34,958 nucleotides of DNA from an uncultured Gammaproteobacteria bacterium (GTDB lineage Bacteria > Patescibacteriota > Microgenomatia > UBA12405), in assembly GCA_964425635.1 (NCBI GenBank), contig CAYRMT010000002.1, positions 1 through 34,958 on the forward strand, written 5' to 3'. Shown here piece by piece: positions 15,467 through 24,875 of the stretch. Every line of letters begins with the position of its first letter. Position 1 is the stretch's first letter. The notes under the pieces were generated by a model. That model saw only the letters and a program-made list of their open reading frames with translations. It did not search any database and had not been told where the DNA came from. Position numbers and translations under genes: made by a program.

Positions 15467-16700
15467 TGTAATCGATATCGGTACTTCAAAAGTAACCACA
15501 CTAGTTGGACAATATCTAGACACTGAAGACAAATTTAATATAATTGCTGTTTCTTCAATTCCATCCCTTGGTTTTCGTAAAGGCCAAATAATAAATTTAG
15601 AACAAGCCTCTCAAACCATCACTCAAAGTATTGAATCTGCTGAGAGAATGGCTGGTTTTCAAATAAATAGTGCCCATATTTCTATTTCCGCTCCCCACAT
15701 CGAATCAATTAATTCTCATGGTGTTGTTGCTATTAGTAATCCAAATGGCGAAATAGATATCAACGATATCACTCGTGTTACCGAAGCTGCTAAAGCTATT
15801 TCTTTACCAAGTGGTAAAGAAATAATCCACATCATCCAAAGAAAATTCACTGTCGACGGTCAAGAAGGAGTCATCGATCCTATCGGAATGAACGGCATTA
15901 GACTTGAAGTTGAGGCAAATCTAATTTTAGCTTCTAGCCCAGCTCTTAAAAACCTTAAAAAATGTCTTGAAGATATTGGTATTAAAGTCGAATCCTTAAC
16001 TTATACTGGTCTCAGCACTGCCACCGCTGCTTTAACCGACACTGAAAAAGAACTCGGTGTCGCTCTTGTTGATATTGGTGGAAGTATTACCAATATCACT
16101 ATTTTTATCGAAGGTTCGCCGGTATTTTCATCTGTTGTTCCAATTGGTGCCAACAATGTTACCAACGACCTAGCCATTGGTCTTCGATTTTCAATTGAAG
16201 ATGCTGAAAAAATAAAATTAAAATTGGCTAAATTATTTGAAAATAAAAAATTCGAAGACGAAGTTGAATTGTCTCATTTTGATATTCATTCTGAAGATAA
16301 GAAAAAGATTTCTCTCCAGACTGCCATCAATGGTATTATTAAACCTCGATTAGAAGAAATATTTAATTTAATATATGCCCAAATTGAGTCCAGTGGTTTT
16401 CATCAATCAATTCCCGCTGGAATCGTTTTAACTGGTGGTGGTGCTATGACTGTTAACGCAAAAGAAATCTGCAATCGAACTATTCCTCTCCCATTAAGAA
16501 TTGCCAATCCACCAAAAGTAGGTGGTATAGTTGATGATATTATGAATCCAGCTTATACTAGCACTATTGGTCTTTTACTTTATAATAAAAATGCTAAAAA
16601 AAGCAGTGGTTCAAGTACTAAAGGTATAAAAACCCCAAAAATTTCCATGGGCGGAGTTTTTGAAAAGATCAAAAAAATACTAGAACCGCTCTTACCCTAA
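15444..16700 (+). CDS. ftsA: cell division protein FtsA
   Basis: Actin-fold motifs VIDIGTSKV and [16 protein letters not shown], and a C-terminal amphipathic helix [15 protein letters not shown]. The ATG at 15444 is preferred over 15420. Confidence 0.95.
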   Translation: MQHSKIINVIDIGTSKVTTLVGQYLDTEDKFNIIAVSSIPSLGFRKGQIINLEQASQTITQSIESAERMAGFQINSAHISISAPHIESINSHGVVAISNPNGEIDINDITRVTEAAKAISLPSGKEIIHIIQRKFTVDGQEGVIDPIGMNGIRLEVEANLILASSPALKNLKKCLEDIGIKVESLTYTGLSTATAALTDTEKELGVALVDIGGSITNITIFIEGSPVFSSVVPIGANNVTNDLAIGLRFSIEDAEKIKLKLAKLFENKKFEDEVELSHFDIHSEDKKKISLQTAINGIIKPRLEEIFNLIYAQIESSGFHQSIPAGIVLTGGGAMTVNAKEICNRTIPLPLRIANPPKVGGIVDDIMNPAYTSTIGLLLYNKNAKKSSGSSTKGIKTPKISMGGVFEKIKKILEPLLP

Positions 16701-16702
16701 AT

Positions 16703-17881
16703 ATGGGATTAATTAAAACTCTTACCGGACAATTTGCCAAAATAAAAGTCATCGGAGTCGGTGGCGGTGGTAATAATGCTATTAATTCAATGATAGCCGA
16801 AGATGCCATTAAAGGTGTCGATTTTATCGCTGTTAATACCGATTCTCAAGCTCTTTTAAATTCTCTTGCTTCCATTAAAATTCAAATTGGTGAAAAATTA
16901 ACCAAGGGTCTTGGCGCTGGTGGTAACCCTCAAATGGGACAAAAAGCTGCCGAAGAATCAAAAGAAAGAATCAAAGAAGTTCTACAAGGCATCGATATGG
17001 TTTTTGTCACTGGTGGTATGGGTGGCGGCACTTGTACTGGGGCCGCTCCAGTTATCGCTCAAATTGCTAAAAAAGAACTAGGGATCCTAACAATCGGTGT
17101 TGTCACTAAACCATTTTTATTTGAAGGCACTCGACGTATGACCAATGCCGAGGAAGGAATTTCTCAATTAAGAGAAAACGTTGACACTCTTATTGTTATT
17201 CCCAACCAAAAGGTTATGGAGGTCGTCAATAATAAAGCCACCCTTTTAGAGGCCTTTAAAATTGCCGATTCTGTCTTAAGTAAAGGAACCAAAGCTATTG
17301 CTGACTTAATCACTGTTCCCGGATTAATAAATCTAGATTTTGCCGATATTAAGGCTGTTATGAGTAACGCTGGTTCTGCCCTTATGGGCACCGGTGAGGC
17401 CGAAGGTGAAAATAGAATTCAAAAAGCTGTCGAAGATGCCGTTGATTCTCCTTTGGTCGAAGTCAATATTGAAGGGGCTAGGGGAATCCTGATTAATGTT
17501 ACTGGTGGTCCCGACATCACCATGGCCGAGATTGAAGAAGCAGCCAGAAACATCACTGAAAGAACAGCCCCAGATGCCAATATTATTTTCGGAGCCACTA
17601 TCGACAAAGAACTTAAGGGTAAAGTTAAAATTTCCGTTATTGCCACAGGCTTTGACACCAACCGTGCTAGTCTTTATCAACATATTAAAAAACCACAACC
17701 AACTTTAATAAATTTACCTAATCAACCAAAAACTGAAACTCCAGAAGTCAAAAAAACAACCGAACCAAATGAACTAAATAATAATCAAATAAATGAATTC
17801 TTAAAAAATAAAGAAGTTCCTACTGGTATCGACATTATCGATGAATATGACATCCCCGCTTTTTTAAGAAAAAATAAATAA
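16703..17881 (+). CDS. ftsZ: cell division GTPase FtsZ
   Basis: [11 protein letters not shown], the tubulin signature [16 protein letters not shown], and the C-terminal peptide DIPAFLRKN. Confidence 0.97.
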   Translation: MGLIKTLTGQFAKIKVIGVGGGGNNAINSMIAEDAIKGVDFIAVNTDSQALLNSLASIKIQIGEKLTKGLGAGGNPQMGQKAAEESKERIKEVLQGIDMVFVTGGMGGGTCTGAAPVIAQIAKKELGILTIGVVTKPFLFEGTRRMTNAEEGISQLRENVDTLIVIPNQKVMEVVNNKATLLEAFKIADSVLSKGTKAIADLITVPGLINLDFADIKAVMSNAGSALMGTGEAEGENRIQKAVEDAVDSPLVEVNIEGARGILINVTGGPDITMAEIEEAARNITERTAPDANIIFGATIDKELKGKVKISVIATGFDTNRASLYQHIKKPQPTLINLPNQPKTETPEVKKTTEPNELNNNQINEFLKNKEVPTGIDIIDEYDIPAFLRKNK

Positions 17882-17950
17882 AAAACGGCCAAAAACTAAA
17901 AACAAATAACACCTTTCGGTATCAAATGCCTCAGCTTTCAGCCGTTATTT
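17881..17950 (-). terminator. structured intrinsic terminator / 3' element, copy A of a ~70 nt direct repeat
   Basis: On the - strand RNA an outer stem AACGGC/GCCGUU encloses the hairpin UGAUACC-GAAA-GGUGUUA and is followed by a U6 tract. It begins 1 nt after the stop of the 183 aa gene and also abuts the ftsZ stop. Confidence 0.5.
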
Positions 17951-17951
17951 C

Positions 17952-18503
17952 CTATGGGTGTCCAACAAAATACATATTTTCTGCTCTTTTGATAGTTCCT
18001 CCTGTTAAATCAGACATTTTTTCATCACATTGCAATAAAAGATTATCTGATTTAATCAAAAATTCGTAATCTTTTGGAACATAAATCCAAACAGCTCCCT
18101 TAGAAATCACATATTTTTTTTCGTTAAAAATAACAACTCCTCTAGAAATAAACCCATCTGATTGTTTAATTTGATCATCCCCTGGTAATACCAAATTAGA
18201 ATCTACTGACGCAATCAAAATCGACCCTTTTGGAATAACCCCATTAATTGAACTCATTTTTTGCCAACCAGGAACGATATCTACTGTTCTAGGACCAAAC
18301 AAAAAATTAACTAAAAAAGCTCCAATACAAGACAGGCTCAAGATTAAAATAATTGTTAATAATATACCTATTTTTTTCACAAATAAACACTTCCTTTCAT
18401 TTTTGGACACCAATTTTTCAAGAGCTTCTTTTATATCAAAACTCAAAAGCTTAATCATGAGTTTTATAAAAGATTGTATTAGTTTAATAACTTTCGTCAC
18501 CAA
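17952..18503 (-). CDS. hypothetical membrane-anchored protein
   Basis: 183 aa ORF from a GTG start (alternative ATG at 18458). One TM helix (IGILLTIILILSLSCIGAFLVNFLF) and a C-terminal soluble domain of about 110 aa with no family I recognise. It has its own near-consensus promoter and terminator. Confidence 0.6.
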   Translation of the reverse strand: MVTKVIKLIQSFIKLMIKLLSFDIKEALEKLVSKNERKCLFVKKIGILLTIILILSLSCIGAFLVNFLFGPRTVDIVPGWQKMSSINGVIPKGSILIASVDSNLVLPGDDQIKQSDGFISRGVVIFNEKKYVISKGAVWIYVPKDYEFLIKSDNLLLQCDEKMSDLTGGTIKRAENMYFVGHP

Positions 18504-18513
18504 ACTACCCTAT

Positions 18514-18542
18514 AATATATCATATAAATATTAATATGTCAA
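18514..18542 (-). promoter_or_regulatory. sigma70-type promoter for the 183 aa gene
   Basis: On the - strand: TTGACA, 17 nt spacer, TATATT, with a TGn extended -10 (TGATATATT). The -10 element ends 10 nt before the GTG at 18503. Confidence 0.5.
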
Positions 18543-18543
18543 G

Positions 18544-18611
18544 AAAAACGGCCAAAAACTAAAACAAATAACACCCTTCGGTATCAAAGTTTCAGCTTTC
18601 AGCCATTATTT
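18544..18611 (-). terminator. structured intrinsic terminator / 3' element, copy B of the ~70 nt direct repeat
   Basis: About 90 percent identical to 17881-17950. On the - strand: outer stem AAUGGC/GCCGUU (U.G wobble), inner hairpin UGAUACC-GAAG-GGUGUUA, then a U5 tract. It starts 1 nt after the stop of the 38 aa ORF. Confidence 0.5.
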
Positions 18612-18612
18612 T

Positions 18613-18729
18613 TTATAAATACTCGAGAAGTGGACTATGGCCTATATATAAAACATAAACACTAATTAGTCCCACCACTAAAACCATTACTATCATGCCA
18701 ACAATAAAAACCTTACAATCGTTTTCCAT
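18613..18729 (-). CDS. candidate 38 aa single-TM micro-protein; absent from the supplied ORF track
   Basis: My translation: MENDCKVFIVGMIVMVLVVGLISVYVLYIGHSPLLEYL. ATG start, TAA stop, and a GAAAGGAG Shine-Dalgarno-like motif about 12 nt upstream, which is rare in this window. Immediately followed by terminator copy B. Confidence 0.4.
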   Translation of the reverse strand: MENDCKVFIVGMIVMVLVVGLISVYVLYIGHSPLLEYL

Positions 18730-18893
18730 CTCAAAAAAACACTCCTTTCTATTTCCAAACACCTAAATTTCAAGTATCATTTTTGTGTAACAATTTAGAA
18801 GCTTTTTTCCAAATTAAAAAACACGATCTTATCGTATCACTTATTATTTTCCAAATCAACATATTAGCTTTAACTATAGTGTAAAATACTACT

Positions 18894-21713
18894 ATGTCTA
18901 AATTTAAAAATCTTCCAAATAATATCAATTTTCCTTCAATGGAAGAAGAAATCAATTCTTTTTGGAAAGAAAATAAAATTTTTGAAAAATCAGTTGATCA
19001 AAGATCAGACGACAATGCCTACACTTTCTACGATGGCCCTCCATTCATAACTGGTTTACCTCATCACGGACATTTATTATCCAGTATCGCCAAAGACATT
19101 ATTCCTCGTTATCAAACAATGAAAGGTAAAAAAGTTAAACGAGTTTGGGGTTGGGATTGTCATGGTCTTCCTGCTGAAAATAAAGTTGAAGAAAAACTTG
19201 GTTTAAAATCTAAAAAAGATATCGAAGCCCTCGGTATAAAAAAATACATCGATGAATGTTATGCCTACGTTCAAAACGTATCTCAAGAATGGCCCTGGTA
19301 TATTGATCATGTCGGTCGTTGGGTAGATTATGAAAATGCCTATAAAACCATGGATTTAAATTTCATGGAGAGTGTTATGTGGACATTTTCCGAAATTTAC
19401 AAGAAAGGTTTAATTTACAAAGGCCGCCGCATTTCTCTATATTGTCCTCGATGTTCCACCCCACTTTCTAATTTTGAAATTGCTATGGATAATTCCTACA
19501 AGGAAGTTGAAGATCCAGCCATTTCCATTAAATTTAAATTAAAAGATCGAGATGCTTATATTTTGGCTTGGACCACCACCCCCTGGACTCTTCCGGGAAA
19601 TTTAGCCCTAGCTGTCAATAAAAACGAAACTTATGTTGAAGTTTCTGTAAATCAAGAAAGTATAATCTTAGCCAAAGATAGGATTGAATCTGTTTTAAAT
19701 AATCAAGAATATAAAATAATTAAAGAATTTAAAGGTCAAGAATTAATTAACCTTTCTTACGAACCTCTTTATAAATTTTTCGAAACAACAGAAAAAGATT
19801 ATAAAATCTATCATGCCAATTTTGTTTCTATGGCCGATGGTACTGGAATTGTTCATATCGCTCCAGGTTTCGGTGAGGATGATTCCGCTTTAGGTAAAGA
19901 AAATAATTTATCAGTTATTGATCATATTGATGATGAAGGAAAAATAATTGATAAAGTCACACCATTTGTCGGTCTTTTTGTTAAAAAAGCTGACCCCTTA
20001 ATTATTGATGATTTAAAAAACAGAAATTTACTTTTTAAAGAAGAAAAAATAATCCACAGTTATCCTTTCTGTCATCGATGTGCCACTCCATTAATCTACA
20101 AATCACAAACTGCTTGGTATCTCAATGTTCAATCTATAAAAAATGATATGAAGACTACTAATCAAAAAATTAATTGGATTCCAGAACACATCAAAGATGG
20201 TCGTTTTGGACAAGGAATTGAATCTGCTCCAGATTGGTGTCTTTCTCGATCTCGTTACTGGGCATCACCAATTCCTGTTTGGGAATGTGATTGTGGTGAA
20301 ATTTATGTTCCTGAATCAATTGCTGATTTAGAAAAAAGATCAGGTAGAAAAATAACCGACCTTCATAAACCAGAAATTGACGAGGTTGCTATAAAATGCT
20401 CTAAGTGTGAAAAGGAAGTTCACCGAGTTCCAGAAGTTTTAGACGGCTGGTTTGAGTCTGGTGCCATGCCTTATGGTGAACGTCATTATCCATTTGAAAA
20501 CAAAGAACAATTTGAAAAAGAATTTCCAGCTGATTATATAGTTGAGTATATTGGCCAAACTCGTGGTTGGTTTTACACTCTTCATGTTTTATCAAATGCT
20601 CTTTTTAAATCAGAATCTTTCAAAAATTGTGTTGTCACCGGTACTATTATGGGCACCGATGGCCGTAAAATGAGCAAACTCTTCAAAAATTATCCTGACC
20701 CAAAAGTAGTTCTTCAAAAATATGGTGGTGAAGCTATGCGTCTCTATTTAATGAGTGGCGTCATTATGGTCGGTGAAAATATGAATATGAACGAAAAAGA
20801 AATAGAAGATAAAGTTAAATTTGTTCTTCTGCCTCTTTGGAATTGTTTTAAATATCTCACCACTTATGCTCAAATGCACAATTGGACTCCAAACTTAAAT
20901 TCTATTAACGGCTCTACCAATATTCTTGATCAGTGGATTATTACCAGAACCGATCAATTAACTCAAGAATTTGCCCAAGAATTAGATAAATATATTATTC
21001 CCAATGCTGTTAAATTAATAACTCCTTACATCGAAGATTTATCTCGTTGGTATATTCGTCAATCACGAGATCGATTTGTTAATGGAGATAAAGAAGCTCT
21101 TCAAACTTTATGGCAAGTTCTTGTTCAATTTACTAAAACAGCAGCTCCATTAATACCATTTATCACTGAATATTTTTATCAAAATTTAGTTTTACCTTTT
21201 GATTCAAAAGCCTTAGAATCTGTTCACTTAGAACTTTATCCAGAAACAAAACCAATTAATCAACAATTATTAATTGATATGGTTTATGTTCGAGAAATTT
21301 GTGAGCAGGGGAACATGATAAGAAAAACTAATAATCTAAGTACTAGACAACCCCTATCAAAAGCCATTATTAATAATTCTCAAAAAATAGATCTAAATTT
21401 AAATTTAATTGAAATTATTAAAAATGAATTAAACATTAAAGATGTCGAAATTATTTTAGGAAAAAATAATTTAACAGTCAGTCTTGACACCAATATTACT
21501 CCCGAATTAAAAGCTGAAGGTGATGCTCGTGATTTAATTCGCCAAATTCAAAGTCTTCGTAAAGAAAAACAATTAAATCTAAAAGATCAAATTAAAATTT
21601 TTGCACCAACCTGGCCAGTTGAATTTGAAAAAGAAATTTTAAACAAAACATTAGGGGTTAGTATTGAAAAATCAGAAAATGTCACGATCTCTATGGCTAC
21701 CAACACTAATTAG
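18894..21713 (+). CDS. ileS: isoleucine--tRNA ligase, eukaryote-like (type 2) form
   Basis: YDGPPFITGLPHHGHLL (HIGH region) and KMSKLFKNYPDP (KMSKS region) match the eukaryote-like pattern YDGPPFATGLPHYGH / KMSKRLKNYPDP. Also has a CP1 editing domain (TTTPWTLPGN) and CxxC pairs. Confidence 0.95.
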   Translation: MSKFKNLPNNINFPSMEEEINSFWKENKIFEKSVDQRSDDNAYTFYDGPPFITGLPHHGHLLSSIAKDIIPRYQTMKGKKVKRVWGWDCHGLPAENKVEEKLGLKSKKDIEALGIKKYIDECYAYVQNVSQEWPWYIDHVGRWVDYENAYKTMDLNFMESVMWTFSEIYKKGLIYKGRRISLYCPRCSTPLSNFEIAMDNSYKEVEDPAISIKFKLKDRDAYILAWTTTPWTLPGNLALAVNKNETYVEVSVNQESIILAKDRIESVLNNQEYKIIKEFKGQELINLSYEPLYKFFETTEKDYKIYHANFVSMADGTGIVHIAPGFGEDDSALGKENNLSVIDHIDDEGKIIDKVTPFVGLFVKKADPLIIDDLKNRNLLFKEEKIIHSYPFCHRCATPLIYKSQTAWYLNVQSIKNDMKTTNQKINWIPEHIKDGRFGQGIESAPDWCLSRSRYWASPIPVWECDCGEIYVPESIADLEKRSGRKITDLHKPEIDEVAIKCSKCEKEVHRVPEVLDGWFESGAMPYGERHYPFENKEQFEKEFPADYIVEYIGQTRGWFYTLHVLSNALFKSESFKNCVVTGTIMGTDGRKMSKLFKNYPDPKVVLQKYGGEAMRLYLMSGVIMVGENMNMNEKEIEDKVKFVLLPLWNCFKYLTTYAQMHNWTPNLNSINGSTNILDQWIITRTDQLTQEFAQELDKYIIPNAVKLITPYIEDLSRWYIRQSRDRFVNGDKEALQTLWQVLVQFTKTAAPLIPFITEYFYQNLVLPFDSKALESVHLELYPETKPINQQLLIDMVYVREICEQGNMIRKTNNLSTRQPLSKAIINNSQKIDLNLNLIEIIKNELNIKDVEIILGKNNLTVSLDTNITPELKAEGDARDLIRQIQSLRKEKQLNLKDQIKIFAPTWPVEFEKEILNKTLGVSIEKSENVTISMATNTN

Positions 21714-22674
21714 TTTATTAATCCTTTTTTGTATTAATATTTTAATGGTCAGTTCAGTGGCCCCAAGTTTGGTCGGTAAACAATTAATTGCTTGGGGAAT
21801 TGGAATAATTTTATTTTGCGTCGGCAAACAAATAAATTTAAAACAATTAAGTTCCTACAAATGGCCAATTTTTATAGTTTGTAATATTTTTTTATTCTTA
21901 CCAATTATATTAAATAGTATTACTCGCGGTTCCCGTAGATGGATTTATATTGCCGGACAAACCATTCAACCATCAGAATTCGTTAAACCTTGGCTCATGT
22001 CATTTTTGGCTAATACCAACTTTCCTCTGCTTCATTTTATACCCGTAACTATTATCATGGCCCAACCAGATCTTGGGAGTGCTATTTCCGTTTTCTTTTT
22101 AATTATTCCTGTTATTTTATATAATAAAAAGTTACTTCGATTGTCGATCGTTTTGGGATTAATTTTTATTTTAGTTTCACCATTAATTTATAGATATGGT
22201 CTTCATGATTATCAACAAAAACGAATAAGTACCTTTTTAAATCCAAAAGCTGATCCTCTAGGCGAAGGCTATAACGTTATTCAATCCCAAATTGCCATTG
22301 GGTCTGGTGGCATTTTTGGCAAAGGTTATAAAAAAGGAACACAAGGACAATTACTTTTTTTACCCGAAAAACACACCGATTTTATGTTTGCAACCACCGC
22401 TGAAGAATTAGGCCTAATTGGTATTTCCATTGTTTTATTCGCTTATTTTCTATTAATCAACACCCTTTTTAATAAAGCTTTTTCCACTAAAAATCGCCCT
22501 CTTTTTATCTTTACCCTCGGCATTGCCATTCAAATCTGGATGCAAGCTTTCGTAAATATTGGTATGAATATCGGCCTGCTTCCAGTCACTGGCATACCTC
22601 TTCCTTTTATTTCCGTCGGAGGTTCTTCACTCATGGCTTTATTGTTTTCACTTGGAATCGTCTACTCTTCCTAA
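21664..22674 (+). CDS. rodA: SEDS-family protein (RodA/FtsW/SpoVE), second copy
   Basis: GSRRWIYIAGQTIQPSEFVKP, HTDFMFATTAEELGLIG and LPFISVGGSSL motifs. The start overlaps the ileS 3' end (alternative ATG at 21679). The rodA label is given only because ftsW is already assigned in the dcw cluster. Confidence 0.85.
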   Translation: MKNQKMSRSLWLPTLISLLILFCINILMVSSVAPSLVGKQLIAWGIGIILFCVGKQINLKQLSSYKWPIFIVCNIFLFLPIILNSITRGSRRWIYIAGQTIQPSEFVKPWLMSFLANTNFPLLHFIPVTIIMAQPDLGSAISVFFLIIPVILYNKKLLRLSIVLGLIFILVSPLIYRYGLHDYQQKRISTFLNPKADPLGEGYNVIQSQIAIGSGGIFGKGYKKGTQGQLLFLPEKHTDFMFATTAEELGLIGISIVLFAYFLLINTLFNKAFSTKNRPLFIFTLGIAIQIWMQAFVNIGMNIGLLPVTGIPLPFISVGGSSLMALLFSLGIVYSS

Positions 22675-22684
22675 TATCTTTATC

Positions 22685-22712
22685 TTGCTTAGATTTTTTC
22701 CTATGCTATAAT
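22685..22712 (+). promoter_or_regulatory. sigma70-type promoter of rplU-rpmA
   Basis: TTGCTT (22685-22690), 16 nt spacer, TGcTATAAT extended -10 (TATAAT at 22707-22712). The ATG at 22721 lies only 8 nt downstream, implying a leaderless or near-leaderless mRNA. Confidence 0.5.
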
Positions 22713-22720
22713 CAAAAAGT

Positions 22721-23035
22721 ATGAAATACGCAGTTATTGCCATCTCTGGCACCCAACATCAAGTTGAAGAAAATCAAAAAATTGTTGTCGATAATTTAAA
22801 TCTTAAAGAAGAAGAAAAATCCTCAACTGATCAAGTTTTATTGACCGTCAATGAAGATAAAGTTACAGTTGGAACACCAACAGTCAAAGGTGCTTCTGTT
22901 GAATTCAAAGTTTTAAAAAACTTTCAAGGTGAAAAACTTAAGGTTTTTAAATATAAATCAAAATCTCGTTATCGTAAAACCACCGGTTTCAGAGCTCAAT
23001 TAACTGAAATCGAAATTACTAAAATTAATTTCTAA
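22721..23035 (+). CDS. rplU: 50S ribosomal protein L21
   Basis: MKYAVIAISGTQHQVEEN... FKYKSKSRYRKTTGFRAQLTEIEI is typical of bL21. Confidence 0.95.
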   Translation: MKYAVIAISGTQHQVEENQKIVVDNLNLKEEEKSSTDQVLLTVNEDKVTVGTPTVKGASVEFKVLKNFQGEKLKVFKYKSKSRYRKTTGFRAQLTEIEITKINF

Positions 23036-23038
23036 AAC

Positions 23039-23320
23039 ATGGCACATACAAAATCACAGGGTAAAACCAATCAAAAATCAAACCGACCCGGACAAAGAAG
23101 GGGGGTAAAAGTTTTTGGTAGTCAAAAAATTAATGTTGGCGAAATTATAGTTCGACAAGTTGGTTCCAGTTTTCACGCTGGTAAAGGCACTAAAACCGGT
23201 AAAGATTTCACTATCTATGCCATAAGACCAGGTGTTGTGAAATTCTTGAAAAAATTCGGCAAAAACATTGTTTCTGTAGTCAAAGCTGAAAAAACTAAAA
23301 AAATAGTCACCAAAGCATAA
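23039..23320 (+). CDS. rpmA: 50S ribosomal protein L27
   Basis: MAHTKSQGKT...RRGVKVFGSQKINVGEIIVRQVGSSFHAGKGTKTGKDFTIYA is typical of bL27, and it follows rplU. Confidence 0.95.
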   Translation: MAHTKSQGKTNQKSNRPGQRRGVKVFGSQKINVGEIIVRQVGSSFHAGKGTKTGKDFTIYAIRPGVVKFLKKFGKNIVSVVKAEKTKKIVTKA

Positions 23321-23395
23321 ATTTCAATTTGACGTATTCTGCATCACTTTTTCTCACTTTTTTCACGAGCCTTTTCATAGTAATCTTTTACTACT

Positions 23396-24235
23396 ATGAT
23401 GAAACAGGTTACCCAAATTCCAACTAATCAATTAGAGCCAAATCCATTACAGCCCCGAGGTATTATCAACCAAGAGTCAATTTCCGAATTAATCGAGTCT
23501 ATTAAAGAGCATGGAATACTAGAACCACTCATTGTCGCTAAAACTCCAGCCGGATACCAAATAATTGCCGGAGAAAGGCGCTGGCGTTCCGCTAGAGCCC
23601 TTAAATTAGAATACGTTCCAGCCATTATCAAAGAAAGCACTCCACAACAAATGTTGGAAATGGCCATAGTTGAGAATGTTCAACGAAAGGATCTAAACCC
23701 AATGGAACGAGCTAAAGCATTTTTAAGACTTAAAGAAGAGTTTAGTTTCGATAACAACCAAATAGCCAAAAGAGTTAGCAAAAGTGTCCCTTATGTTATT
23801 AATTGTCTTAAATTATTAACTCTCCCAGATGCTATTAAGGATGGACTTTTGTCTGGCCTCATCAGCGAAGGTCATGCTCGTGCCTTATCCAGCATAGGAG
23901 ACACCAGATTAATGATCGAAGCCTATAAAATTATTTTAAAAGAAAAAGCTTCTGTTCGTCGTGCCGAAGACATTGCCAGAAGAATGAGAAAAAAAATTGA
24001 AGAAGGCGATGTTCCAATCACCAAGGAGAATTTACCTCAATTTTTAAAATCAAAAATTGACAACATCAGTCAAGACCTACAATCTGTTTTTAACAAAAAA
24101 ACCACTTCTGTAAAAATTATTCAAACTAATGTTTTAACCAAGGTAACTTTTCAATTTAAAGGACCAATCGACCAAAGATTTGACGAACTAAAAAACCTTT
24201 ATAAACAAATCTGTAATAAGGATCTACAAAATTAA
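23396..24235 (+). CDS. parB: ParB/Spo0J-family chromosome partitioning protein
   Basis: IPTNQLEPNPLQPR, GILEPLIV, the YQIIAGERRWRSA box, and an HTH region (NQIAKRVSKSVPYVINCLKLL). No parA/soj is adjacent in this window. Confidence 0.9.
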   Translation: MMKQVTQIPTNQLEPNPLQPRGIINQESISELIESIKEHGILEPLIVAKTPAGYQIIAGERRWRSARALKLEYVPAIIKESTPQQMLEMAIVENVQRKDLNPMERAKAFLRLKEEFSFDNNQIAKRVSKSVPYVINCLKLLTLPDAIKDGLLSGLISEGHARALSSIGDTRLMIEAYKIILKEKASVRRAEDIARRMRKKIEEGDVPITKENLPQFLKSKIDNISQDLQSVFNKKTTSVKIIQTNVLTKVTFQFKGPIDQRFDELKNLYKQICNKDLQN

Positions 24236-24831
24236 AACTTAACTTTTGGAACTAAACCCACCGAAGATATTGGCCAATATTTAAAAAACGCCTTTCCTAC
24301 AATTAATTCCTTTTTAATTGGACCAAATTCTCGACCATCTCTAGAATGTTGCCTATTGTCACCAAAACATAAATATTCACCACTAGGTACTATTTCTTCT
24401 TCACCCTCTTTAGAATATTCCCCCTCAACAGTGACAACTCCATTTGGTAAAAAAGTTTGATCTAATAATTGTCCATTCAAATAAACTTGACCTTCTCTAA
24501 CCATCACTCTATCACCAGGAACACCAATAATTCTCTTAATATACTCACATTCATCGGCAGCACAAGGCTCACTTGAAGGAGCTTTAAAAATAACCACATC
24601 TCCTCTTTGCGGTTCACCCAAATAATAAGAAATTTTTTCTGTTAATAAAAATTCTTTATCCACAAAATTTGGCAACATAGAACTTCCTTTTACCTCATTG
24701 GGCTGAGCCACAAAAAGATACAATAACACAAAAACTGCCAAGGCCAAAACAATCGATTGAATAAAATCTAAAATAAAACCACCAATCGACCCTCTCTGAT
24801 TTTTATAAATTTCACTCTTCATAATTATCAA
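24232..24831 (-). CDS. lepB: signal peptidase I
   Basis: TM anchor, GSSMLPNF (catalytic Ser), GDVVIFK, KRIIGVPGD (catalytic Lys) and GDNRQHSRDGR boxes. Confidence 0.9.
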   Translation of the reverse strand: MIIMKSEIYKNQRGSIGGFILDFIQSIVLALAVFVLLYLFVAQPNEVKGSSMLPNFVDKEFLLTEKISYYLGEPQRGDVVIFKAPSSEPCAADECEYIKRIIGVPGDRVMVREGQVYLNGQLLDQTFLPNGVVTVEGEYSKEGEEEIVPSGEYLCFGDNRQHSRDGREFGPIKKELIVGKAFFKYWPISSVGLVPKVKF

Positions 24832-24854
24832 TTATAGTGGAATTTTGGTTGACT

Positions 24855-24863
24855 TGGTATAAT
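24855..24863 (+). promoter_or_regulatory. extended -10 promoter for tRNA-Val
   Basis: TGGTATAAT (TGnTATAAT) ends 12 nt before the mature tRNA 5' end. Confidence 0.5.
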
Positions 24864-24875
24864 CTAATTCATCAA

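Noticed and set aside
17164-17708. Four ORFs of 70-121 aa inside ftsZ (17164-17391 -, 17333-17698 -, 17419-17661 -, 17496-17708 +).
   Set aside because: They lie entirely within the strongly supported ftsZ frame and have low-complexity translations with no motifs. They are typical shadow ORFs of a relatively GC-richer conserved gene.
17881-18611. The direct repeats interpreted as a target-site duplication of a mobile cassette.
   Set aside because: There is no transposase or recombinase between them and no inverted terminal repeats. Each copy sits exactly at a gene 3' end with a U tract, so duplicated terminators are the simpler explanation. The region is kept as a finding for its structure, not as a mobile element.
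18770-18955. 61 aa minus-strand ORF spanning the ileS start.
   Set aside because: It overlaps the ileS start codon and promoter region, has no start context and no recognisable fold. It is likely spurious.
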